A DNA stretch of 63,617 nucleotides, the filler included, from Folioceros fuciformis (lineage: Eukaryota), in NCBI GenBank assembly GCA_049999805.1. It is 19 parts of 19 records of this genome, joined end to end, with 100 filler letters (N's around TTAATTAATTAA, not from the genome) between each part and the next. Parts side by side here need not be neighbours in the genome. Positions count along the whole stretch, not along the records: positions 1 to 5,861 come from JBNGIO010006536.1; positions 5,962 to 7,580 come from JBNGIO010006537.1; positions 7,681 to 9,299 come from JBNGIO010006538.1; positions 9,400 to 10,980 come from JBNGIO010006539.1; 15 more parts are not named here. One strand, given 5' to 3'. The notes below the pieces were generated by a model, which saw nothing but the letters and a program-made list of their open reading frames with translations, ran no database searches and was not told where the DNA came from. The position numbers and the translations under genes were made by a program. The first letter of the stretch is position 1. Every line of letters begins with the position of its first letter. Shown piece after piece: positions 1 to 11,080 of the stretch.

Positions 1-1257
1 TCCATCAGAGACATCGACAACTTTCCAAACATCGAGTACACTAAGCCCAGATATCGAGTGTTCGCCAAGAAATCAGACATAGTGGATTCCACACTTCGAT
101 CATGTGCTCGTAAGTTCACAAAGCCTCAACTCAAAGCTCACGGATGCAATATTGAGTCGCATGTCGTTCCGAGTTTTTAGTTTGGGCTAGGTTAATCGTC
201 GTCCAGTGGATGACTCTCGGCCAGAATTGTTGAAGAGCATATCGTTGGGACTGCTGTGACGTCCAGAAGCTTCCCCTTCCTTTATTCCTTGGACTGTTGG
301 CTGGAACTGCTGGCTGTTGAGTGTAGAAGTGTGTGTGAAAAAGAAAGATTGAGTGTAGAAGTGTGTGTGAAGACGAAGATTGAAGACGTGTGTGAGGAGA
401 ATGTGTGAGTGAGCTGAGAAGAGAAGGAGAGAAGGGCGGCCAAGCACTTAACGCTATGCGAGGTGTGAGGCAAGAGAGGAGAAGTATGGCTGATCACTGA
501 ACGCGGTGCGAGGTGAGAGGCAGGAGATTGAGATTGAGGAAAAGAACTAACTGCAATTAACTAAAGAGGATTATTGAGAGATTGAGGAAGATTGTGAAAG
601 ATTGCGGGAGATTGCTGCAAGATTTATGGGCGTTTGTGGGAGATTTTTGAAGATTGCTGGAGATTGGGGAAAATTGCTAAGGGATTGCTGGAGATTTGTG
701 GACATTGCTAGAAGATTGGAGACATTTGGAATTAGCTTCGTGAGAAACGAGTGTGAACCAAAGCTCTTGTGTGTGTTTGCATGTGGAGAGTCTTGCATGT
801 GTGGCTGATTCACGGGGTGTTGTTTCCCAAGGATTGGCATTTGCATATGTGGAGGGCATCCAATAAGGCCAAATCTACGAGTCTGGAAGCCCTTGAGGCA
901 AAAACCCTTGGTGGTGCGTGCGCCGGAAAAAATATTAGTTAGAATTTTGGGCGGGTCCCACCATGGCTGTGGAAACAAACTACCGGTCGTAGAAACAGTG
1001 ACCGCGGTCATGGAGTGGGAACCGGAGTCGTAGAGTAGGGTCCACGATAGCTGGGCTAACTAGGGATAGCAGTAGTTGAGCTGGTGAGAAGTAGGAGCGG
1101 TAGTAGGTGAGTCTTCACTTAGGTAAGGGTCAGTAGTGATAGAAGTTAGCATTCCTTGACACAAATCATTCCCTTGGGAACAAATCATACGACTACAACG
1201 ACATAGAGGATGAATGTGGACCTCACGGTGTCTCTAGACACAAGATTTCACTCCACA
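1..1257 (-). mobile_element. LTR-like element, TGTGGAGTGA family (terminus at 1257, truncated by window start)
   Basis: Minus strand begins TGTGGAGTGAAATCTTGTGTC..GTGAGGTCCACA..GTCGTTGTAG..CCCAAGGGAATGATTTGTG. The same terminal block occurs at 2434, 50078 and 62618. Positions 1-985 recur at 9442-10935. Confidence 0.6.
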
Positions 1258-2433
1258 ATAGGGTACCAACGAGAGGATTTGGTGATGACACTAGTAGTGC
1301 AAGCAGGAAGTGGAGCACCAGATCTCGGGAGAAGAAGCCTAGTGAATTTGGAGGAAGTCTGGGAAGCACACGCTACAAGCCGAGGTAATGACACTTCTTT
1401 GGGAGTGTGGGGCAACATCATACGATGTAGCCAACAGCTACAAAACATCAATTGGGGAGAGGCCCGTGCAATGATTGCAGACCTATTACAGGAGAACATA
1501 AATCGGGTTGGAAACCGGGTACGACTGGAATCGAAAGTGCAAGAATTGAAGAAGGAGCGAGGATAGTATCTCCTTAAGGATGGCGAGCAAAGGCAAGAAT
1601 TGGAGAAGTTGACGTAGCAAGTGACCATGTTGCAAACTTCCCAACAAGGTTTATCACATGAGATCATTGCATGTCGAAGAGACCTTGCCTAGTCTAAGGA
1701 AACTAGGAAGGTGGTGGAGGAACAGCTACGGGAACAAGTCTACCTTGCAAAGGATTTACAAGGCAAGCAAGATGAGTTGGAGATACTGAATGCTAAAGTG
1801 GACGAGGAACTCCAGCAACACCTTGAAGTAGGGCAACAAGAGCCAATGGGGAGGGAATAATTGGCCATATAATTAGAAGACCTTCGGCAGGAGAAAGCAC
1901 GACAAGGAGCTGAGCACCAAGTCAAGATTCACAAGATGCTGGTGGTTCGAGCTCGTAGGTTTTGTGCTGATTATGCCTATGTGACGGGGTGCATGACCAA
2001 GCTTCATGCATCTCATCAAGAAAACCTTGATCTACAGTTGAAGGTAGGGGCAATGGAGGCTGAACGCGATATCTACAAGAGTAGATGCGAGGGTGGGAAT
2101 TGGGTTGTTGACATGGATACCATGGATCTAGCTCAACAACATAGCAACCTCCACCTACACCAACGTCTTCTCGCTCATCACAAGGAAGTGGCAACATTGG
2201 CAAGGCGAAGGTATCTTGGGCCACATGATGACGACCGTGAGGCCCTGGAGGCAGTACCCCTACCAACATACTTTCAAGAGGACAACAGTATGGACCTAGA
2301 GAGGTCGCAATGGGAACTTGAGGAGCTGCCCTAGGCTAAGAAGAGCACGCGACAAGGGGGACGTACTCCCCTAGGCAACCCACCTACGAGAGAAGGGGTA
2401 GGGAACCTACCTACGAGAGAAGAGGTAGGGAAC
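1258..2433 (+). pseudogene. Decayed coiled-coil ORF, probably retroelement-derived
   Basis: ORFs 1210-1566 and 1936-2334 share one frame. It reads as E/Q/L-rich heptads broken only by TAG/TAA at 1564, 1615, 1690, 1858, 1870 and 2332. Confidence 0.6.
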
Positions 2434-2948
2434 TATGGAGTGAAATGTTGTGTCCGGGGACACCGTGAGGTCCACACTTACCGTCTATGTCGTTGTAGCC
2501 ATGGGATTCGCTCCCAAGGGAATGATTTGTGCCAAGTAACGTGGGCTCCTACTAGTATTGACTCTTGCCTATGTCAGGTCTCATCCACTACCGTTTTTGC
2601 TACCTATTAGCTTCCTACCATTGCCCCCAGTTAGCCCAGCTACCCCAGACCCCGTTTGACCACCATGGTTCCTACTCCGCAACCATAGTTTAGGGCTCTT
2701 CTACCGGTAGTCAACCCCATGGCCTAATCAGCGCCTAGTGTTGAAGATGTGATCCTGACCCCAACTTGCAACGCCTAGTGCTAAAGATGTGATCGTGACC
2801 CCAACTTGCAGCACCTAGCTATGAAGATGTGATTGCGACCCAAGTTGCAATGCCTAGCTTTGAGGATGTGATCGTAACCCAAGCTGTAGTGCCTAGATTT
2901 GAAGATGTGATTGTGAGCCAAACTTCAGCTGGCAACTCAAGCTCCACA
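2434..2948 (+). mobile_element. LTR-like element fragment, TGTGGAGTGA family
   Basis: Begins TATGGAGTGAAATGTTGTGTCC..; about 290 nt align to the reverse complement of 960-1257. Possible end CTCCACA at 2948; no target-site duplication seen. Confidence 0.55.
2728..2925 (+). repeat. About 40-bp tandem repeat, 5 copies
   Basis: Unit GCAGCGCCTAGTGTTGAAGATGTGATCGTGACCCCAACTT with variants; no unique spacers. Confidence 0.9.
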
Positions 2949-2949
2949 T

Positions 2950-4245
2950 GAGTTGCAGGTGAGAAATATGAAGAAAGGGGAGGAGGGAGACAAACACAAA
3001 GTCACGACTATTGGGGTTCATACTCTCATTTGACCAATCTTGCTATCTCATATATTGGCACACACAGATACCACAAACTAGAATCGTTGCAAGAGTATTG
3101 GGCAAATCCCAAGTTTAACTCACATTACTCTCAAATTTAGCTTACATTGCTTACTCACAAAGCTTACTACTTACACACATAGTAATAGGTAGGCTATGCA
3201 TGCATACATACATACATACATAGCCTTCACGCTAAACAATGCTACAATAGGGAAGAACCTTATCCCGATTGCTATCTAACTTTAAGATATATAAACTAGA
3301 TTCTACTATAGATGTATTGCATAAATCCTTTGGATTTCTAACACTCCCACTCAATACAAATTAATTCTAGTATTCCCTCTTAATAAATACAAGTTATGTG
3401 AGTCCAATCTTGAGAGTATAGTTCTTGAGCTTCTCTTTCTTTAGTAAGAGGTTTCATAAGAGCATATGCTTGTCATCTCAGAGGTACTACAAAATTCAAG
3501 TATTGTTTTCTTATCTCCATGCTTCTCCCTAATGAAATGATGACGAATCTTTACTTCTCGCATGAAATATTACATTTTTAGCAAGATAAATAACACTTTG
3601 GCTATCGCTAGAAATAATAGTAGGTCCAACTTGTTCTTGATGAATGTCTTTCAATAACTCTCGCAACCATAAGGCTTCCTTGGTTGCTTCTGTTGCAACT
3701 ACGTACTCCGCTTCCATAGATTACAACACCATTGTAGGTTATCGTTTACTTTGCAATGAAATTGCACCACCATTATACAGTATGTAAACAAATATCCAGT
3801 TGTTCGTGTATTCGAGTCTCCACCTCAATCAACAAATGTGAATCCCTCAAGCTTCATCAAACTTTTCGAACTTCCTCCGTACCTTAATTTCAAATTGCTT
3901 TTGTCCCTTGTAAATATTGTAACATTCTTTTTGCAGCAATCCAATGTCGTTCTTTAGGATTCTCTAAATATTGACTCAAAGCTCCCATTGAAGCACAAAT
4001 GTTAGGCTTAGTAGATAGCATCAAATACATGATGAAGCCAACTAGACAACTAGTTGATAGTAAGGGACTCCTTTCATGTAATGTTTCTCCTCATGTGTCA
4101 TGAGATACATCTCCTTGGATAAATTCTCGGTAAAGTAGGGACAATTGGTATGGTCACATGCTTACAATGCATAAGCCCAAACTTCTTGAGTAAGTTAAAT
4201 ACATATCTATCCTATTCTAGATAAATCTCCTTCTTTTTCCTTGTG
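2950..4245 (-). mobile_element. Degenerate Ty1/copia 3' end (RT-RNaseH, PPT, 3' LTR start)
   Basis: EAEYVVATEATKEALWLR..DSQSVIYLAKNVIFHARSK at 3529-3717. Purine tract GAGTGGGAG precedes TGTTAGAAA at 3343. Many stops and frameshifts; left boundary approximate. Confidence 0.85.
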
Positions 4246-5093
4246 ACATGTGGCATTATAATAGAGAGCTTGTAATTGGGGGCAAATGAGATATTTTTAT
4301 ATCGCTTTACCCTATCAAAGACATTATCCAGCAATGTATAAGGTTCCTCCGTTTGCTAAAGATATTGAAACAGGAGTATAAATATCCATCATGTTAGTGC
4401 CCACCAAAATGCCTCTTCAAAGTATAAAGATGAGAAATTACTCTTTAAGTACAGTATTTCTTTCTAGTTGTTGTTATCCTTGGTCAATAAAAAAAAAAAA
4501 ATCAAAATCTTGAGTTAGTTAAAATAACTCAAGATTTAGTTAAGAGATGCTTCTCCATTGCCAATGAGCTACTTAGCCCCAATAATACACGTATTATATT
4601 AGAATTTAATTCTATATATCTATATATATAAAAACCATCATCGAACAAAGTTTTCATGTTATGGAAACTTTCGGGGGTGCGAAGTGTATATATGTGTATG
4701 CGTATTCCTCTTGAACTACGCGATGATTCAGGGTTTTGTTGATGATTTAGGGTTTTGTTTTCATTCTCCAGCAGAGACGTCTCTATCGGAGAGTTGGAGC
4801 TGGAATTCGAGGTGGGCTTTGAGTTTTTTTTTTCAGTGGTCTCAAGTATATTGGGAACTAGAATTGGGCCTTGACGCGTGCAGAGGTTCTGGTTTTTGTG
4901 GTTAGAGGTAGAGCTAGGCCTCGGGGTGTAGAGAAAATCGGTTTTTCTTATCCAATGTAGCTACAGCTAGAACTAGAGCTGGGCTTAGAGACGCACAACC
5001 CTTCTGCTGAAGGGTAGAAGTGAGGCCCGGTTTCTGGCAGACACATGCAGTTGGTGGTGAGAGACCTGGGGAGTAACAGCCGGCCAAAACTGG

Positions 5094-5861
5094 ATGTCAA
5101 GGAAGGCCAGCACACGTGTCGAGCAAGAGGAGAAGAAAGAAGTATCACAGCCCAAAGGATCCAAGAACAAGCTGCCCAGAAACAGGAAGGCAGGTCCTGG
5201 GCTTCTCATGGCATCTAAGGACGAGGCTGCACAGGTAGGGGTAGGGGATGTTGCCCACCATGGTTTGAGTTTGGAGCATCCCTTTGCTAAAGCTGAATTC
5301 GAAATCGAGAATGCCCCGCTTGCTGAGAGTACCGGTCCCAAGAAGCACGGGAAAAAGAGGAGGATGAATGAAGACATGCAGGATGATGGCGCTTTGCATC
5401 GCCAGATTAGACGAAGGGGTGTAGAAGCACCTGGCAATGATAACGAATGCGTAGTGGACCTTGTTGAACATGTTCGGGCAGAGAATGAAGTTGTTTTCAG
5501 AGCGTTGTGTGGAGACGAGAATATGTGGGATTGCAAACAAAGTTACATTAGGACTGGTGGCCAAGTTGTTTTCAGAGCGTTGTGTGGAGACGAGAATATG
5601 TCGGATTGCAAACAAAGTCACATTAGGACTGGTGGCAACTGGGAGCTGATTGATATGGAGATGGGTGATTCTGAGCCCAAAACACGGCATATGGACAGGG
5701 GACCGGGTTCTTCGTCTTTTGTTGCAGAGCAGGCGAGTTTGACGTTGTGTGAAGGTGGTGGTGAGCGGGATGTGGTCCCCGGTGTCTCGGAAGGCACAGG
5801 TCTAAAAGGAGATGCTGCAGCTTCGGCTAGTCTGATGAATGAAAAAGCCGCAGGTCCTGCC
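5094..5861 (+). CDS. Low-complexity protein with degenerate AT-hook-like motif, partial, unknown function
   Basis: 256 open codons to the contig end; SQPKGSKNKLP resembles GRPKGSKNK. Ends in LMNEKAAGPA, the repeat family seen in contigs 2, 3 and 4. Confidence 0.45.
5488..5636 (+). repeat. 75-bp in-frame tandem duplication
   Basis: VVFRALCGDENMxDCKQSxIRTGG occurs twice. Confidence 0.95.
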
Positions 5862-5961
5862 NNNNNNNNNNNNNNNNNNNNNNNNNNNNNNNNNNNNNNN
5901 NNNNNTTAATTAATTAANNNNNNNNNNNNNNNNNNNNNNNNNNNNNNNNNNNNNNNNNNNN
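5862..5961. other. Artificial contig linker N44-TTAATTAATTAA-N44 (first of 18)
   Basis: Identical 100-nt linker with stops in all six frames. Others start at 7581, 9300, 10981, 14132, 19416, 22532, 25125, 27250, 29096, 30690, 31887, 38435, 40413, 45857, 51832, 56193, 62152. ORFs containing XXX..LIN are artefacts of it. Confidence 0.99.
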
Positions 5962-6796
5962 GAGCCAGTACTGGTGATGTCCAAGGCCAGCATTTGGATG
6001 TCCCTTTGGAGGGGTGCAGAGAAGGAGATTCGACATCCCCAGCCAATCTGATGAATGGGGAAGCTGCGGGTGCTCATGTGAGGATTCCTCGGCGTCGTGG
6101 TCGACCCAAGGCACTAGGGGCCCCGTCCGGAGCCAGTACGGGGAATGTCGAAGGCCAGAATTTGGATAGTCCCAAGGCAGTAGAGGAAGCGGCCGGAGCC
6201 ACTGGGGATGTCGAAGGCCAGCGTTTGGATGCCCCCTTGAAGGAGTGCACCAGAGGTTCTGAAGGGGCTGCCACAGCCATCCCGGGGAATGCAGACGCCG
6301 CAGCTGCTGCGACGACGATTCCCCGGCGCTGTGGTTCACCCGAAGGGTCCAGGAACAAATCCAAATCAATCGGGGAACTCGCCGGGGCACTGGTATGTCA
6401 AGGGCCAACATTTGTTTAGTCCGAAGGCTATATGTAGGGGAACCCGGCGGGGCCACTGGTGATGTCGAAGGGCAGCATTTGGAGATAGTTGGAAGGCTGG
6501 AGGGGAACTCGCCGCAGGCACTGGTGATGTCGAAGGGCAGCATTTGGATAGTTGGAAGGCTGGAGGGGGACTCGCCGCAGGCACTGGTAATGTCGAAGGG
6601 CAGCGTTTGGATAGGCCGAAGACACAAGTGGAACCCGTCGGAGGCACTGGTGATGTCGAAGAGGCCAGCGTTGGGATATCCGCTTGAAGAAAGTCTTCTC
6701 CCCTTCAGGAGTTTACCCTTGAACTGGGCTGATCTGGTTCTTGAAGCTCAGGGAGGTATGACCGCCAGAGTAGGGACGGGTATGTATTCATTGTAG
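5962..6796 (+). pseudogene. Repeat-rich AT-hook-like coding remnant (second copy 7681-8515)
   Basis: RIPRRRGRPK and RRCGSPEGSRNKSK motifs; recurring ACTGGTGATGTCGAAGG(G/C)CAGC unit (TGDVEGQ); in-frame stop at 6417-6419 and a later frameshift. Confidence 0.5.
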
Positions 6797-7229
6797 TCAT
6801 TAGCACATCATTGCTCGATCACGTTCTATCGTGATACCCCTGTCCCATCTGTCTCTGAACGTCCGCAACATCTGAGATGAAGGTTTCGGCATACATACTA
6901 ACCACAATGCTACCGGCAAATACATCTGTCTTTGCAAAACTCCAGCCAGCGACCGTGCAGCATGTACTTGCTTCCCATTCTGCAGCAACTCTCGTTCCCC
7001 GTCTTTTCCACGTCCAGAGACGGTCTGGTAGGCTCGCCTGCATGCGCCGGGTTTTTTACAAGCCTTGTCCACAATCGATGCATGCTCAGGGGAAATAATT
7101 TGTTCAGCCCCACATGAACTTCAGCCCTTCTCCGGAACCAGGACTCAGATGGAAACCACTCACAAACGAGTTTCGTTCATGCCGCTCCATTTCAAATCTT
7201 CCTGACAGCCACTCCACCGGGTATCACCG

Positions 7230-7580
7230 CAATTGCGGGACAGATATCGACACCCACGAGAGTGTGAAAGCAACAGTTCACCTATGCTTCGTCCGTTTTC
7301 ACAAAGCTTTCGGCACAGTACGTGGGCACAAACTGTGGGAGGTCCTGGAGGAAATTGGGGCATAAGGCATGTAATACGGGCAGCCCAACCGCCATACCAA
7401 TACCATGCACTGCGCGCGGAAGTAGGAGGATAGAACAGGGCCAATATAAGGCACTGGTGGGGTCAGAAAACGGTGCCCGTTGAGCTTTCTCTGTTCTGCC
7501 TCTATGTACAACGATCACACCGGCATCTGGAACAGATGCAGGGCACGCACACTGCTGATTGAGGGGATCACAACATATCA
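7230..7580 (+). mobile_element. Degenerate non-LTR retrotransposon RT fragment (second copy 8949-9299)
   Basis: HLCFVRFHKAFGTV..HKLWEVL resembles FVDFxKAFDxV; GVRKRCPLS/LFCLYV resembles GVRQGCPLSPxLF. Confidence 0.75.
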
Positions 7581-9399
7581 NNNNNNNNNNNNNNNNNNNN
7601 NNNNNNNNNNNNNNNNNNNNNNNNTTAATTAATTAANNNNNNNNNNNNNNNNNNNNNNNNNNNNNNNNNNNNNNNNNNNNGAGCCAGTACTGGTGATGTC
7701 CAAGGCCAGCATTTGGATGTCCCTTTGGAGGGGTGCAGAGAAGGAGATTCGACATCCCCAGCCAATCTGATGAATGGGGAAGCTGCGGGTGCTCATGTGA
7801 GGATTCCTCGGCGTCGTGGTCGACCCAAGGCACTAGGGGCCCCGTCCGGAGCCAGTACGGGGAATGTCGAAGGCCAGAATTTGGATAGTCCCAAGGCAGT
7901 AGAGGAAGCGGCCGGAGCCACTGGGGATGTCGAAGGCCAGCGTTTGGATGCCCCCTTGAAGGTGTGCACCAGAGGTTCTGAAGGGGCTGCCACAGCCATC
8001 CCGGGGAATGCAGACGCCGCAGCTGCTGCGACGACGATTCCCCGGCGCTGTGGTTCACCCGAAGGGTCCAGGAACAAACCCAAATCAATCGGGGAACTCA
8101 CCGGGGCACTGGTATGTCAAGGGCCAACATTTGTTTAGTCCGAAGGCTATATGTAGGGGAACCCGGCGGGGCCACTGGTGATGTCGAAGGGCAGCATTTG
8201 GAGATAGTTGGAAGGCTGGAGGGGAACTCGCCGCAGGCACTGGTGATGTCGAAGGGCAGCATTTGGATAGTTGGAAGGCTGGAGGGGGACTCGCCGCAGG
8301 CACGGGTAATGTCGAAGGGCAGCGTTTGGATAGGCCGAAGACACAAGTGGAACCCGTCGGAGGCACTGGTGATGTCGAAGAGGCCAGCGTTGGGATATCC
8401 GCTTGAAGAAAGTCTTCTCCCCTTCAGGAGTTTACCCTTGAACTGGGCTGATCTGGTTCTTGAAGCTCAGGGAGGTATGACCGCCAGAGTAGGGACGGCT
8501 ATGTATTCATTGTAGTCATTAGCACATCATTGCTCGATCACGTTCTATCGTGATACCCCTGTCCCATCTGTGTCTGAACGTCCGCAACATCTGAGATGAA
8601 GGGTTCGGCATACATACTAACCACAATGCTACCGGCAAATACATCTGTCTTTGCAAAACTCCAGCCAGCGACTGTGCAGCATGTACTTGCTTCCCATTCT
8701 GCAGCAACTCTCGTTCCCCGTCTTTTCCACGTCCAGAGACGGTCTGGTAGGCTCGCCTGCATGCGCCGGGTTTTTTCCAAGCCTTGTCCACAATCGATGC
8801 ATGCTCAGGGGAAATAATTCGTTCAGCCCCACATGAACTTCCGCCCTTCTCCGGAACCAGGACTCAGATGGAAACCACTCACAAACGAGTTTCGTTCATG
8901 CCGCTCCATTTCAAATCTTCCTGACAGCCACTCCACCGGGTATCACCGCAATTGCGGGACAGATATCGACACCCACGAGAGTGTGAAAGCAACAGTTCAC
9001 CTATGCTTCGTCCGGTTTCACAAAGCTTTCGGCACAGTGCCTGGGCACAAACTGTGGGAGGTCCTGGAGGAAATTGGGGCATAAGGCATGTAATACGGGC
9101 AGCCCAACCGCCATACCAATACCATGCACTGCGCGCGGAAGTAGGAGGAGAGAACAGGGCCAATATAAGGCACTGGTGGGGTCAGAAAACGGTGCCCGTT
9201 GAGCTTTCTCTGTTCTGCCTCTATGTACAACGATCACACCGGCATCTGGAATAGATGCAGGGCACGCACACTGCTGATTGAGGGGATCACAACATATCAN
9301 NNNNNNNNNNNNNNNNNNNNNNNNNNNNNNNNNNNNNNNNNNNTTAATTAATTAANNNNNNNNNNNNNNNNNNNNNNNNNNNNNNNNNNNNNNNNNNNN

Positions 9400-10935
9400 G
9401 GCCTGAAATGTATCTGACCCTTGGCCTTTATACCGCCGTGGTCCATTATAGACATCGACAACTTTCCAAACATCGAGTACAGTGAGCCCAGATATCGAGT
9501 GTTCGCCAAGAAATCAGACATAGTGGATTCCACACTTCGATCATGTGCTCGTAAGTTCACAAAGCCTCAACTCAAAGCTCACGGATGTAATATTGAGTTG
9601 CATGTCGTTCCGAGTTTTTAGTTTGGGCTAGGTTAATCGTCTAGTGGATGGCTAACAAGCGGCATGACTCTCAGCCATAATTGTTGAGGAGCAGATCGTT
9701 GGGACTCAGAAGGTCTCTTGGAAGTCAGGACGAGCTCTGGGAGAACCTGGTGTGCTTGCAGATTACTTGATTCTCAAGTCAGGGATGACGGCCTTGAGAC
9801 CCATCCACCACCGTCCTCAACAGGATGTCATGATCCATGTAAGTCTGCCCAATGGCATATTTCCAGTCATCCAGACAACGTTCTCTTACGATTGGTCCGT
9901 GATCTTGGATCTCGCTGACGATGTGGTTTTCGTGTTTCCCGTTCAGATGGAACCCAAGGTGGTTGCTCTCAGAGACGAGTGAGTATACGAGACTTGCTGT
10001 TGAGACGTGCTCATCTATGCTCAGGGAGTACCGTTATGCATTGAAGACGGTTGCAGGTACGGCATCTGGTTCATGTCGCATTTGCTCCTCTTGGGGTACA
10101 TCGGAATAATGGTGGCATCTCCGATTTCACACAACACGGACTTCCTCTTTGCAGCACAGCTTTTGAAAAAGGAGGAGATTTCAGCTGCAGAAGTTCAAGA
10201 CATTTTTCAGCCAGCTCCGGAGCTTGCTAGTAAGGCCTGCTGTGACGTCCAGAAGCTTCCCCTTCCTTTATTCCCTGAACTGCTGACTATTGAGTGTAGA
10301 AGTGTGTGAAGACGAAGATTGAGTGTAGAAGTGTGTGTGAAGACGAAGATTGAAGATGTGTATGAGGAGAATGTGTGAGTGAGCTGAGAAGAGAAGGAGA
10401 GAAGGGCGGCCAAGCACTTAACGCTATGCGAGGTGTGAGGCAAGAGGAGAAGTATGGCTGATCACTGAACGCGGTGCGAGGTGAGGGGTAGGAGATTGAG
10501 ATTGAGGAGAAGAACTAACTGCAACTAACTAAAGAAGATTATTGAGAGATTGAGGAAGATTGTGAAAGATTGCGGGAGATTGTTGCAAGATTTTTGGGCG
10601 TTTGTGGGAGATTGGGGAAAATTGCTAAGGGATTGCAGGAGATTTGTGGACATTGCTAGAAGATTGGAGACATTTGGAATTAGCTTCGTGAGAAACGAGT
10701 GTGAACCAAAGCTCTTGTATGTGTTTGCATGTGGAGAGTCTTGCATGTGTGGCTGATTCACGGGGTGTTGTTTCCCAAGGATTGGCATTTGCATATGTGG
10801 AGGGCATCCAATAAGGCCAAATCTGCGAGTCTGGAAGCCCTTGAGGCAAAAACCCTTGGTGGTGCATGCGCGGGAAAAATATTAGTTAGAATTTTGGGTG
10901 GGTCCCACCATGGCCGTGGAAACAAACTACCGGTC
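9400..10935 (-). mobile_element. Longer paralog of the LTR-like sequence at 1-985
   Basis: 9442-9700 matches 1-250 and 10238-10935 matches 251-985. About 0.55 kb extra lies between, holding a decayed minus-strand frame. Confidence 0.7.
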
Positions 10936-11080
10936 CACAGCTCCAGCCAATCTGATGAATGAAGAAGCCGCAGGTGCTGCNNNNNNNNNNNNNNNNNNNN
11001 NNNNNNNNNNNNNNNNNNNNNNNNTTAATTAATTAANNNNNNNNNNNNNNNNNNNNNNNNNNNNNNNNNNNNNNNNNNNN

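Larger units (their letters stand above)
5962..9299 (+). repeat. Two about 99% identical 1619-bp contigs (5962-7580 and 7681-9299), assembly bubble
   Basis: Same length, identical ends, about 16 substitutions counted by eye. Confidence 0.97.

Noticed and set aside
1258-2433. All stops are TAG/TAA at Gln-like positions, as if repairable by U-to-C editing
   Set aside because: PPR editing acts in organelles. In a nuclear transposon context, C-to-T decay of methylated cytosine explains the pattern, which also appears in the copia gag at 62252-62617.
2728-2925. CRISPR-like periodicity (also 6455-6680 and 18312-18558)
   Set aside because: Units are contiguous with no unique spacers, no cas genes are present, and the context is eukaryotic.
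5962-9299. True tandem duplication of 1.6 kb
   Set aside because: Separate contigs with identical ends, i.e. two arms of an assembly bubble; adjacency in the window is not evidence of tandem arrangement.
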